In this document: piece by piece, positions 36,023 through 47,985 of the stretch
How the letters are laid out: every line of letters begins with the position of its first letter
How positions within the stretch are numbered: position 1 is the first letter of the stretch
From: Squalus acanthias
Lineage: Eukaryota
Length of the DNA: 64,000 nt
Reading direction: 5' to 3'
Assembly (NCBI GenBank): GCA_030390025.1
Contig: CM059426.1
Span: 27,590,001-27,654,000, forward strand
Position numbers and translations under genes: made by a program
The notes under the pieces: generated by a model
The model's input: only the letters and a program-made list of their open reading frames with translations
What the model was told of the DNA's origin: nothing
Databases searched by the model: none

Positions 36023-37219
36023 GCGCACTCTGTCTCGTGCTCGCTCGGTCTGTCTGTGTCTCTGTTTTGCTCTGTCACTGTTTTTCTCACAAACATGGAC
36101 TCTCTCTCATGCTGTCTTATTTGCTCCTCTTCCTCTTTCTGTCTCGCGCTCTTGCTGTATCACACCTGCTCATCTCTCCCGTGTGTGTCGCTCCCTATCA
36201 GTGTTTCTCCTGCTGCTCTTTAATTGATCAGAAGTATGTGGCTAGCTTTCTTTTTTACTTATTTACAATGACTCAAATAGCATGAGAACGTATTGTGTCA
36301 GTGGCCAGTTTCCCTGCAGGCAGTGTACTTATGAAATGGGGCACATCTTTTTCCCCCTCCTCCAGCAGTTTGGCAAACATTTTTTTCCAGGAAGGAAAGC
36401 TGTGCCCCTTTAATTGCACCATGCCACCTGCAGGCTGGGTCCTTACTTTTATGTATATAATAAGTGTGCCCTTTAAGGGAAGGGGAACTTTGATCTTTCG
36501 GCATTCTGTGCTTGTATTGCATACGCACTTAACCAGAACAGATCATATTATAATGCTGTGGGTGGGTGTAAATCTGGTCAGTTATTTAAATACAAGTTAA
36601 GTTCCATTTAAGGAAATGTCTGCTTGTAATGAACGTCTGGGTTTAAAAGGGGTTGGTGCTGAAATTGGACCCTCCAGCCACCCCCACAATAAGCACATAC
36701 TGGAGTGAAATGCAACATTTTTTTTGTTGTCTCTACAATAAACAACTCTTGAGATCCCATAAAAAGACGGCAGATGCAGAACGCAGTCCTGGCGCCTCCA
36801 TCTTAATATTGTTCACTATCAACTAGTGCTGTAGCGGAACGTATTCTGGAAGTTTGGAACGCTCTTAAAATGTTCAATGTGGCAAGATAATACACGGTCA
36901 ATACATAGGTTTTCAAACTGGCATCCCTGGGCCCGAGTGGGTCTGCTAGGGGATCACGAAAGGCTTCCCGTGGTCATTAGATTTCTATATTTGATGACCT
37001 ATTGGCTCAGTTGCCATGCACTAATAGCGTTTTCTGTACCATTGCCACTGAATAGCTGACATTACATTTTTTTCAGAAAGAGACATTTAACTTTTGAACG
37101 TGTGGAGAGTCTCAGACATACACCTGCAGGAGATTGTCTATAATGTGTAATTTCAATAGTTATGAATGTCTCTAAATACTTACATTCCCAGAGAGTGGCC
37201 ACTATGGGATTGGAAATAC

Positions 37220-37330
37220 ATTTCCTACATTACAACAGTGACTACACTTCAAAAGTACTTCATTGGCTGTAAAGCGCTTTGGGACATCCTGAGGTCATGA
37301 AAGGTGCTGTCGAAATGCAAGTTTTTTTTT
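37220..37330 (+). mobile_element. Deu-SINE 3' tail followed by T/C-rich low-complexity tract
   Basis: TTTCCTACATTACAACAGTGACTACACTTCAAAAGTACTTCATTGGCTGTAAAGCGC. Confidence 0.8.
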
Positions 37331-37379
37331 TCTTTTTTCTTTTTTTCTTTTTCTTTCTTTTCCTTCTCTCTTTCTCTTT

Positions 37380-38053
37380 GGGCTAAAAATTGAGTAGCGC
37401 CCCTGCGCCGGAAATTGAGTGGTTACGCCCCAAGAGGGAGGAGGGGCGCTGCTGGAAGTGCCCCGCCTCCCTCTTGGGGCGCTGCGAGTCAATATCACGG
37501 CGCTACATGGTGCTGCGGCCCGTCACGTCGCGGTATTGCAGGCCTTCCTCCTCCTCTTAAAGGGGAGGGGCCTTGCGCAGCGCGACCCGGGGCCCAGCTG
37601 GGCCCCCAGGGATCGGGAGTGCCGGCAAAAGAGCCCGGCACTCGAAGTGCCGGGCTCTTGGAGCGCAGCCAGCACTTCGCGGAGGTCCGTTCAGGAGGCC
37701 GGGGATGGGCGCGCAGGCAGGTGCTGGCAGGCGGCCAGCAACAAAAATGGCCGCCCCGCACCTCGTCTTTAAATAACGCCTCCCCGGCCGCAGGTAGGCC
37801 CCCCCTGACCCCGTCGGACATAGCGTCCGGCGGTAAGGCAGGGGGCGCTCCCGAAGATCGCGGCCGGGGCGCTGCGCACAGTGATGACGTCATCGCCGGC
37901 GGCGCAGCACCGCGGGGCGCTACCGGTTAGCGCTTCTGCTAACCATTCGCTGAATTTCGCGGGAGGTGTGGGCGGCGCCGCACCCGGGCGCTAGTTGCTT
38001 TGCGCCCCGTTAGGGCGCTAACGGGAGGCGCAAAGCAACCCAATTTTTCCCCC
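37380..38053. mobile_element. GC/CpG-rich Harbinger-like MITE
   Basis: TIRs GGGCTAAAAATTG and CAATTTTTCCCCC (11/13), TTT on both flanks, sharp GC boundaries. Confidence 0.7.
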
Positions 38054-38364
38054 TTTCTCTTCTTTCTCTCTCTCTCTCTCTTTCTCCTCTCTTTCTCTTT
38101 CTCTTTCCCTTTTTTCTTTATAAATTAACCTGCAGTAGGGTAGCAGTGTGGTGAATCATTGGAGGGTCCACTGGTAAATTCCAGCCTTATTACGATGGTA
38201 TTTTGGGCTTCTGTTTTGATCAAGCATTCAACCCCACTTTCCCCTGGTATAATGTGGTCAGTGTGGGTGCACTTTTAAACTTTCTTCATCTTTAATTAAA
38301 GGAACCCAAATGTTCAAGATTATTTTTCAACTGTTTTCCTCTATGTTTGCATCACACTGGTAAT

Positions 38365-38830
38365 TTTTCTTTTATTCATTCTCAGGATGTGGGCATCACT
38401 AGCGAGGCTGTTTTTTTGCCCATCCCGAGTTGCCCTCAAGAAGGTGGTGGTGAGCCGCCTTCTGGAACCGCTGCAGTCCGTGTGGTGAAGGTACTCCCAC
38501 AGTGCTGTTAGGGAGGGAGTTCTAGGATTTTGCCCCAGCGACGATGAAGGCACGGCGATATACTTCTAAGTCAGGATGGTGTGTGACTTGGAGGGGAACT
38601 TGGTGGTGGTGGTGGTGGTGTGGTAGTGTTTCAATGCACCTGTTGCCTCTGTCTTCCAGATGTTGGAGGTCTCTGGTTTGGGAGGTGCTGTCGAAGAAGT
38701 CTTGGCGAGTTGCTGCAGTGCATCTTGTGGATAGAACACACTGCAGTCACAGTGCGCCGGTGGTGCAGGGAGTGGATGTTTAAGGTGGTGAATGATGGGC
38801 TGCTGATGAAGTTGTCTGCTTTGTCATGGT
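38365..38830 (-). mobile_element. LINE-A 3' fragment (more diverged)
   Basis: Collinear with 20301-20752; internal (GGT)n expansion near 38601. Confidence 0.88.
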
Positions 38831-40192
38831 CATATATAATACGTCACCATGACCTTTGCTTGAAAAAAGAAGCCTTGAGGCTATGTCTTTTGCCGTTGAC
38901 AGTTTCACATTTAAGTCTGTTCTGAAACATTCATTGCAAATCCCTATTAGCATGGTTATAGTGATTATTACAAGATGCAATGATTAAACAGGGTTTATAG
39001 GGCACTGTACAGCTTTCAATTATTCCTCATTGCAGGCTGTGTGGATTCCACACACTGATGTCAATAGCTCTTTATTTAAAAAGTTTATAATTTTGCATGA
39101 CTGATCTGTTCACTATAAGATGTACCTTATAAACACAACTTAACTTAACAACCTGCATTTATATAGCACCTTTAATGTAGTAATTCAAGCCTACTTTGGC
39201 TGAATGACTCAAAGTGTACCCATTAGTAATTGGCAGACTCGAGATCTCTTTTTTAAACAATGTTTTATGAATTTTTTTCTTGCCGTATAAATTTACAGCA
39301 GTCTTGTCCCAAATGCATGATGGAATAGGCTAACCATTTTGACTTCTGACTCCGAAATGGTGGCTCTGACACTGTTCGGAGGGGAACATTTTATGAATAA
39401 AACAGGTTTGTTTAAAGATGCTGCTGGCATTAACGTATTTTCACTTGCATTGTCTCGGCCGGTTAATCAACTGATACTTAAAAATGTGCTGAAAGTCACG
39501 CCATTGTTGTTGTACCGGCACGTGCACTGGCATTATGGGTTGATGTTAATGGAGTGTTATCACCACTTTGTGGAAATGGGAGCCAAGGCTTTTCAAAAGC
39601 ACTTTCATCATGGCGTTGTCATGTGCAGAGACGTAAATGGCGGGTTCATGAGACGCTTGTCAACCTCGACCAATGCCCTTTTTAACGGAGACGTTAACGA
39701 CATTTTTTGTGTTTATGGGGGTGTTTGTGTATGGTTGACTTATTTTATATTCGTATTTTTATCCCAATTTTTCACCCACCAGGCTTGACGTGCGGCCAAG
39801 AGGGTGGGTGTGCAGCCTATGTCACGGCGGCTGCCTGTGCCCTCTACTGGCAGCCAGGTGGCACTAGAGACTGCCCAGGTGTGAGTGTCTCCTCTGATTT
39901 TCAACACACTCCACTGCCTTCCCCCCCCCCACCCCCAACCCCATTCACTGGGAGATGCATTTGTCCTCCTGTGCGACTGAGATCGTGGAGTGAGACTTGT
40001 ACCAGCATCTGTACAGTTAGTATTTTTGAAACAAGTTGTTCAGGAAAGACTGACGTGAAATAACTTACTTTAAATTAGATGCATCTCTTCTTTTAAAGGG
40101 GTAGGAGTAAGTGTTGGCATACAGAAACTTTTCATCTCTCTTTTGGCTTTATGCTGTTCTGGTTTTAAGGGTTTTACACAATGCTGCATCAC

Positions 40193-40464
40193 TAGGGTTG
40201 CCAACTGTAGTTCAGTGTATTCCTCGAGATTTCATCACATGATTTCTTGTCTCCAACCGGCCTGCCCAGTCAAACAGCCTTTTATCATATCTCCAATATT
40301 TTAATAATTAATACGTGGAAGTGTTCAAAGAGAATTGGGGGGGAAGCACATTTAAAAAAAAATGCTCTTTTGATTTTTCTCCCAGGTTGCTCGCAGCCGT
40401 GTCCAGGAGATTAATCATTAATTCCTGGAGACTCCAGGACAATCCTGGAGGGTTGGCAACTCAA
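40193..40464. mobile_element. hAT (Blackjack-like) MITE
   Basis: TIR TAGGGTTGCCAAC / GTTGGCAACTCAA; perfect 8-bp TSD TGCATCAC at 40185-40192 and 40465-40472. Confidence 0.88.
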
Positions 40465-42851
40465 TGCATCACAGAAAGGTTGATTGTTATCATATGAGAA
40501 ATACAGTTTCATAAATTGACTGAACACTAGTTATGGTCTGGCCAAAGGAAGTAGATTTCCTTATTACTTTGTCAATTTATACTGATTATATGACACATTT
40601 TACTTTTTAAGCAGGCTCAGTCTTCTTGAAAAAGTTTTTGACCAACCTTTTATTGTCTGGAAGGGAGAAGAGCCATGTGTTATGTTTGAAGTACACAAGT
40701 CACATGATGATGGATTTAGATACAGTTTACGAAACACTTATGCAAACAGACTGTTAAAATCAGGCCCCCCGAGGTCACTAGTAGCCATCTTGAAAATGTT
40801 CTAGGTGGTGTTCAAGAGACTTAAAAATTGGGAGACTGAGAGACCAGCAGAAAATGGACTCCTGCAGCTAGACTGATATGTGCCAGATTGTAAGATTTTT
40901 TGCTGCACTCACTCATTGATGCCGGAGGTCCCAAGGGGGAGTTAATTGGCAGTCTTGGAAAAAGGTTTTGATGACTAAGAATGATGGTTGAAGTGTGCAT
41001 TTCCCCACTGATTCGCCCACTGTTGAGGAGTTGCTGCTGCTTTCTGCCTAGAAACTCTCATCAACAGCATGCCTATCTCGTGGAAATCCACAACCGGTTT
41101 GCTACATGTCTTGGCCCTTGGTCCTTGTTCCAGCATACCAGGACCACATTACAGGATATTCCCCTTCTAAAAAGCCTTGCTTGGCCTGTCTCATACATGC
41201 CAACTGTCCTGCGTTTTACACAGTCAGTCAGTGCTTCGGGTCTAGTGTCTGATTTGTCGACATGTGTTGATTTAAGAATTGCCTTGGAGCAGACATCTTA
41301 TAGACCACCTTAACTGTGACTTGATTCTTTTGTGTAAATGCTGTTGGCCAAATGGTGTCTGCCCTTGGTAAGACAGACTACTGGTCATTGGTGGAGAGGG
41401 AGAGAGCCGGAAAGGAGAATCTACTGGACTCTGACTGTGCCAGAAGCTTTTATAAGGCAGTAGCTCTTTCTAGTGTGATTCAACTGATAATCTGAAATGT
41501 GTCACTAAAAATCAATAACTAATTAAAATTGTTCATTTAAAAGAACAAAAATGGTCATTGTAGTGTGACTAATAACTGCACTATGACTAAAATCAATAAT
41601 CACAGCAATGTGCTTAATGTAATGATTAAAAGAAAGTAACTCAGATGAAAATTTGTCTCATGAAAGCTTTTGGGGTGGTTTGTATCCAATTAAATCCCCT
41701 TCCTCCCATTTTCCACCTATTAATGAGTAATCTGTCCTGCCCAGCACAGGTGACATGACATGGCAGCAGATGAACAGAATAACTGAGCTATAGTGGCTCA
41801 AAAGCCAACCTCAGGAGTACGAGGAGCAATGACCTGTGCTGTTGTTGCGGTGAATGTGTAAAACACAAGTGGTTGCCATGTATGGGTTAAATCTCCAGTG
41901 AAGGGACTTAATCCAGTAAAGTTGTGTTAAAAATCTAACTACTTTTTCATATTTAAAATATGAGATCCGGGATAGATTATTTTTTGATGTGAAAGGCAGA
42001 ATAGGAGTTTCATGTTTACAGTGCTCACATTCCCTTTTAGAAATGTCTAACTTAGTCGATGCAGAAAATGTACCCTCTCTTCCCTCAGTAATGCATGTGA
42101 TGAACAATTGAGCATATCTATAGGTTGGTTTATGATGTCCCTGTTTTCCTTTGCACTCTCAGTACAACTACTTGTTTTCCTATTCTATCGGCCTGTATTA
42201 AAGGCTGTTTTTTGAGTTGTCAGTTTTTATTGAAGTTATTGGCCAAGTTTTTCTGGTTTCCCAGGTCGCTTACGTCTGCTCACTAAAGGAATGTTTGGAA
42301 TATTTAATCCTTGCAGCTTCTAGGAACAGGATTTTTTTTTTTTTAACCAGCTGTTCATTTTGGAATTGGTCTGTTGCGATATGTAAGACTGGTGGTCTTT
42401 GACTAGCTGGAGAAGCCTCAAGTGTATGGGGACTGTTTCCGGGAAGCATTGTTTGAGCTTCTGCTGCCCAATCACTCATCAGCTCCTTTGTTTTTATCTG
42501 GACTTCTTTCTTTCATTCTCCCAGTGTTTCAGACCAGAGCTTCTCTTCCCCTTGCAGCTTTCTTCCTTCAGTTGGAGGTTGAAGAACACATTGTGCTACA
42601 GGCCACTTATGGTTGCCATGGATGCGGCTCTGCAGGCATCCACAAGTGGGCCAAAGTGAACAATCCTGATTCATTTGATTATCACAAGATAATTATGGAT
42701 GAGCAAGGCCTTTTGGTCGGTCTTGGTTCACCCATCCAGAAAGACGCGAAAGTTCACCTCTTTCTCCGACCCCTCCCCCCCCGTAGCATTGGGTCTTCAC
42801 TCCACTGCTCTATGCAGGAGTCCATTTTATGTATTGATCACTCTGCGTAGT

Positions 42852-43520
42852 TAAGAATTAGAAACAGGAGTAGGCCATATGGCCGCTCGAGCCTGCTCTG
42901 CCATTCAATAAGATCATGACTGATCTTCGATCTCAACTCCACTTTCCTGCCCTATCCCCATATCCCTTAATTCCTCTGAAATTGAGTCCAAAAATCTATC
43001 TCTCTAGGCCTTGAATATACACAAAGACTCTGCATCCACAGCACTTTGGGGCAGAGAATTCCAAAGATTCACAACCCTCTGAGTGAAGAAATTCTTCCTC
43101 ATCTCAATCTTAAAAGGCCCCTTATCCTGAGACGATGTCCTCTAGTTCTAGACTCTCCAGCCAGGGGAAACAACCTCTCAGCATCTACCCTGTCAATCCC
43201 CCTTAGAATCTTGTGTTTCAATGCGAGCACCTCTCATTCTTCTAAACTCCAGAGAGTATAGGCTCAATCTCTCCTCATAGCACAACCCTCTCATCACAGG
43301 GATCAATCTAGTGAACCTTCGTTGGACCGCCACGAAGACAAGTATATCTTTCCTTAAATAAGGAGACCAAAACTGTGCACAGTACTGCAGGTGTGGTCTC
43401 GCCAAAGCCCTGCACCGTTGTAGCAAGACTTCCTACTCTTGTACTCCAACCCTCTAGCAACATGCCATTTGCCTTCCTAATTGCTTGCTGTACCTGCATG
43501 CTAACTCTGTGTTTCTTGTA
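42852..43520 (-). mobile_element. CR1 subfamily ii-like 3' fragment
   Basis: RPHLQYCAQFWSPYLRKD; family tail at 42852-42930. Confidence 0.9.
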
Positions 43521-44362
43521 GTTATGCATCGAATGCCCCGATATCAGTCCTAAATTTGTCTCTTGCTGTTTTCAGTTTGTTTCTCCTTGTCATGTTCTTG
43601 CAAATTATTTTAAAGTAGTACCTTTTTCCATACTGTTTACTATCTTCGCTATCTAGTTAAACATTTATAATCACACTAGAGCTACCCACTGGGATAGTGC
43701 ATGAAAACAGCCCCTTAATTATTTTCCCCCTCTGATATTTTATCGTAACCCTTCACTCAGTGGTCCTTTTCCATCTGCTTGCCTCCCCCTCCTCTCCCAA
43801 GCACCCTTGAATGGCTCTATTGGGAGTAGTTCTCGGAGAGGGGTTCACTGCTTTTCCCCATCTCTCCTGAACGTGTTGACACACACTGGGGTACAGCACC
43901 AGACGGCCACCAGGGCTTCAGTGCCTTGTCCATGTGACTGTTCTGAACATGGAAGTCCGAGTGATGTGTCAGCCAGCCATTTGAGCATAGGGGGTAACTG
44001 CAGCTGAGCTTAATCCTGCTAAACTTGCTATCTACACTTGCATTTCCAACAGGGAGTCACTGGGTAGTGATCAGGAGTAGGAATTCTGCCTGATTATGTT
44101 TTCCTTCACATTTTATTTTCTCTTTACATTTCCCCCCCCCCCCCACCCTTACCCCCTCAATGCCCCAGTCGCTACTTTAGAGGTACTAAAGTCAACTGCC
44201 CTACTACCCTACGCTCAGCTGATTAGGCACAGACTGCAGACCCTCGTCCTTTCCTGACCTACATATGCATTTGTTTTCCATCAGAGGTCACTGATTAGTG
44301 ATGAGTAGAAATCCTGATTGATATTCCCCCCCCCCCCCCCCCCCCCCAATCTTGGAAACATT

Positions 44363-44549
44363 GGCCCTGAAATTCTGCAAGGGTTCTTCAAGTCTCCCAC
44401 TATAACTCTGAGAGGAGACCAGCGAAGCCCCAAGGAAATGGTGGAAAGGGATAGAAATGGCCACTTACACCATTTCTCTGGGAATTCCACCTGGCTTCTG
44501 CCAGAGTTGAGGCGGGAGACTGGAAGAGCCCCTGTGGAACTTTAGGGGC
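44363..44549. mobile_element. Short Harbinger-like MITE inserted in a SINE-B copy
   Basis: GGCCCTGAAATTC / GAACTTTAGGGGC ends related to the 3175 TIR; ATT duplicated at 44360-44362 and 44550-44552. Confidence 0.7.
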
Positions 44550-45699
44550 ATTGAGACCAATTGTAGTGTCTTCACTGGTCCCCTGGTTGGAATCAGCTGA
44601 CTCAGCATAGACTAGAGATCACATGATTCCCTTCTCCAAACAGTGCTAATTTTAGGGGATTGTTGCTGTTTTGGGAGGGAATCTGCTCTTAAGATATTAG
44701 TGGTTCATTGCTTTTTAACCGTGGATCACAGTGTATCAAAAAACACTTGAATTTACATTAAACTTTGGAAATCAAACGCAGGGTATGGAGATATATGTCT
44801 GCATTTTGCACATGGAGCTGTTAAATAGTATCGTCATAATAGAAAGAAGTTGGTTTGTTTGATATTGGCTCTTGGCTGATGATGACGATAATAATAAAAA
44901 CTTGCATTTATATAGCATTGGGTATGTAGAAAGACTTCTCCAAGCACTTTACACATAGAAAGTGAAGGACATTTTGGGCAGCTGGGAAAGGGAATGGGGT
45001 CAGGAAAAAGACCTGATTGAAAAGACAAGGTTCATGGAGGCTTTTGGAAGCAGCAAGCGAGATGGTGAGACCAAGTGATTTTCTTCAACAACAACAACAA
45101 CTTGTATTTATATAGCGCCTGTAATGTATTAAAAAGTCCCAAGCTGCTTCACAGGAGTATTAAAAGACAAATATTTGAAAGAGAATTACAGAAGGCTGGC
45201 ATATAATGCTCTAAGATTAGCTTCCAATGGTACAGTGGGGAAAGCGGGAACAAGCAGTGATCCACTCAGGAAAAGCAGACAGTGCTGGTTCAGACGTACA
45301 GTTGGCAATGATTTACAAGTGGAACAAGCACATGGGGGTGGGGGGCAGGGGAATTTGTAAGTTTTTCAGGAACAGCAGAAGTGAGGCAAGGGCATAAGTG
45401 GACATTATTGCAGAGGTGGAAGAAAGTGATCTTGGCAATGGACTGGATGTGAGCTAAGTGCTCATCTCGTATTTGAACAGAATGCTGAGGTTACAACCCC
45501 CAGCCCCAGCCCAAGCACGCAGCCAGAGAAGTTGATGGAATCCGTCAAATAAATGCTGACACAAGCCAACAGTGTAGCTTCATTTCCACCCATTATTGCG
45601 CCGTAGGAAATTTCGACAGATTTTCGTGGTGGATGTAATGGGAAGGGAGGTGGAATCAGTTGTGGTCGTGGTGGAGATTAGAGTTTGGTGTCGTCACCA

Positions 45700-46035
45700 A
45701 GACCACCTACTTCCACCTCCGTAACATCGACTGACTCCACCCCTGCCTCAGCTCATCTGCTGCTGAAACCCTCCTCCATGTCTATGTTGCCTCTAGACTT
45801 GACTATCCAATGCTCTCCTGGCCGGCCTCCCATCTTCCACCCAACATAAACTTGATCTCATCCAAAATTCTGCTGCCCGTATCTTAACTCGCACCAAGTC
45901 CCGTTCAGCCACTTGCTTACTGACCGACATTGGCTCCTGGTCCGGCAATGCCTCAATTTTTAAAATTCTCATCCTTGTTTTCAACTCCCTCCATGCCCCC
46001 CCAGCCCCATCTCTGTAACCTCCTCCAGCCCTACA
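45700..46035 (+). mobile_element. L2 RT C-terminal fragment
   Basis: Collinear with 18440-18680 and 53500-53790 reversed. Confidence 0.82.
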
Positions 46036-46484
46036 GTTTGCCCAGACTGGCCTGTAATTACTCGGTCTATCCTTTTCTCCCTCTTTAAACAAACACTACT
46101 TGGTCACGACATGCCATCTCGCCTTGCAACCTGTAGTGAGGAGTGAAATGAGGAGAATCGGGCCCACCACATCAGTTTGCAAAAATCAGGGGATGTTGCA
46201 CTGTGACCAAGCACTAACTCGATTCATAGTGACATTGAAGGTGGGATGGGGTGGGGGCGTTGAGGGCGTCGTGTTCTCTTTCTTCCCCTCACCCTTATCT
46301 TACTTTCGCTAAGTAAATAACCTGAATTATATGAACAGCCCCAAGATAAAGATCAGTGCAATTAAACAAGCTGCTCACGATAATTGGCCTTACTTGTTAC
46401 CGTTGGCAACAAGAAACATGTTGCAGCGAAAATCTATCTAGTTTCTAGGCTCAGTGCTGTCCAAAGCAACGTAGACTTGATGCT

Positions 46485-46602
46485 GCCCCTGCACTTGCTT
46501 AAAACCTGTTACATCTCTAACTTTTTCCAGTTCTGATGAAAGATCATCGACCTGAAACGTTAACTCTGTCTCTCTCTCTCAGAGGCCGCCTGACCCGCTG
46601 GG
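46485..46602 (+). mobile_element. Penelope-like terminal (pLTR) fragment
   Basis: Reverse-complement homolog of about 49105-49225. Confidence 0.8.
46529..46565 (+). ncRNA. Minimal type I hammerhead ribozyme motif
   Basis: AGTT-CTGATGA-A-AGATC-ATC-GACCT-GAAA-CGTTA-ACT: catalytic boxes, stem II, palindromic minimal stem III. Confidence 0.7.
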
Positions 46603-46619
46603 GTCACTAGATCGTAATC

Positions 46620-46832
46620 CCGGTCTGGCCTATATGGGACTCCAGACCCACAGTAATGTGGTTGACTCTTAACTGCCCTCTGAAATGGCCTAGCAAGCCA
46701 CTCAGTTGTAGTGCTGCGAAAATTTACAATAAGCGGCTCACTACCCCTTCACAAGGACAATTAGGGATGGGCAATAAATGCTGGCCTTGTCAGCGACGCC
46801 AACATCCCATGAATGAATAATTTTTTTTTAAA
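46620..46832 (+). mobile_element. Non-autonomous bipartite LINE-A derivative (5'UTR joined to 3' tail)
   Basis: 46620-46708 matches about 54051-54140; about 46731-46820 matches the LINE-A tail at about 23022-23110. Confidence 0.85.
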
Positions 46833-47284
46833 TTACCCACGAGACCATAGGAAATTTAAAAAGATGGATTATAATTTTTACTATAGTAGATACTGAATCA
46901 CCATGGTGAAAAACTTGATGCATCAGTAGTTTCAGTACAAGCTATTGCTCTGTTATCCTGCTCCTTTAAGTAATATCAAGCTGCTTTTAAGTTTTATTTG
47001 AGGTTTATCAAACAGGATATAATGTGGTAAACATTACTGATAAAAAAGCATTGTGTTCAGATTAACATACTCAATTTATCAGCACACTGATTACAGATAA
47101 CAACAATGTGGGTTTTTAAGCCCGAGTTCAAATTTGAAGCAATACCCCCCAAGCCCAATGGTGATCATGGCCTGAATCTCAGTATTTACCTGTAAAATTT
47201 ATCATTTGAAAAAAGCCATTTTTGTGAGGCTGTTCTATTGGGGCTGCCAGCTGTGTGGAGGCAGAAATTTGCTCCTGATCCTCT

Positions 47285-47985
47285 GGCCCTGATTTTTCAG
47301 GGGGTACAGTGCGCTGGGGCTCCGAAGTGGGCGGCTCACCCAGGGAGTCTGGGGATGTGGAGGCCTGCCTGATCTTAATGGCCCAGGCCTCATTATGACA
47401 ACTTTCATTGGAGTCCCGCCCTGAACCCGGCCAGATGCCATACCTGGCCGGAGGGCAGCAGTGGAAGGTTACAGGCAGGAGGTTGCAGCCTGGGACCTGC
47501 AGAACCAGTCCCCGGCATTCTGTTAAGTGGCGTGGTGGGGGGGGGGAGCCCAGGGTAAGGGAAGCCCAAGGCTTCGTTGTGGGGCCTGGAGGAGCACTCT
47601 TGCTCCTCCTGGCCCACAGGGAAACCTAAAATTAAGTGTTAAAACTAAGCTTTCTGGGTCTCTTCTGGCCCACGTTGCCCCTCCCGGCAGATCTGGCCTG
47701 ATGGAGAAGCCGTTGCTGCTCCCCCACTCGGGCCTCCGACTAATATTACAATCTCGATGACCTCATCATGGTCTTCTTTAAATATGCAGATTGGGTCCCG
47801 ATCTGCATATTTAAAGAAAACTCCCGCTTCCTTCCTGTGGCTATCCCACCCATCTGCTCTAAAGAGCAGGTTTACATGGGGATATGGTGGGAAGGCAGGA
47901 GGGTCAGACGGGGTAAGTGACTGCCCTCATTTTAACTGCCATCTTGTTCGGTTTCCGCCAAGTGAGGGGAGTTAAAATCGGGGCC
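47285..47985. mobile_element. Harbinger-like MITE
   Basis: TIRs GGCCCTGATTTT and AAAATCGGGGCC (11/12); flanks TCT/TTT. Confidence 0.72.

Noticed and set aside
37415-37930. Overlapping GC-rich ORFs or a second CpG-island gene promoter
   Set aside because: Confined between TIRs with a 3-bp duplication; the open frames reflect high GC
42422-42850. 142-aa ORF with a polypyrimidine-AG near 42571
   Set aside because: No family motif recognised and no convincing donor; unsupported without a search
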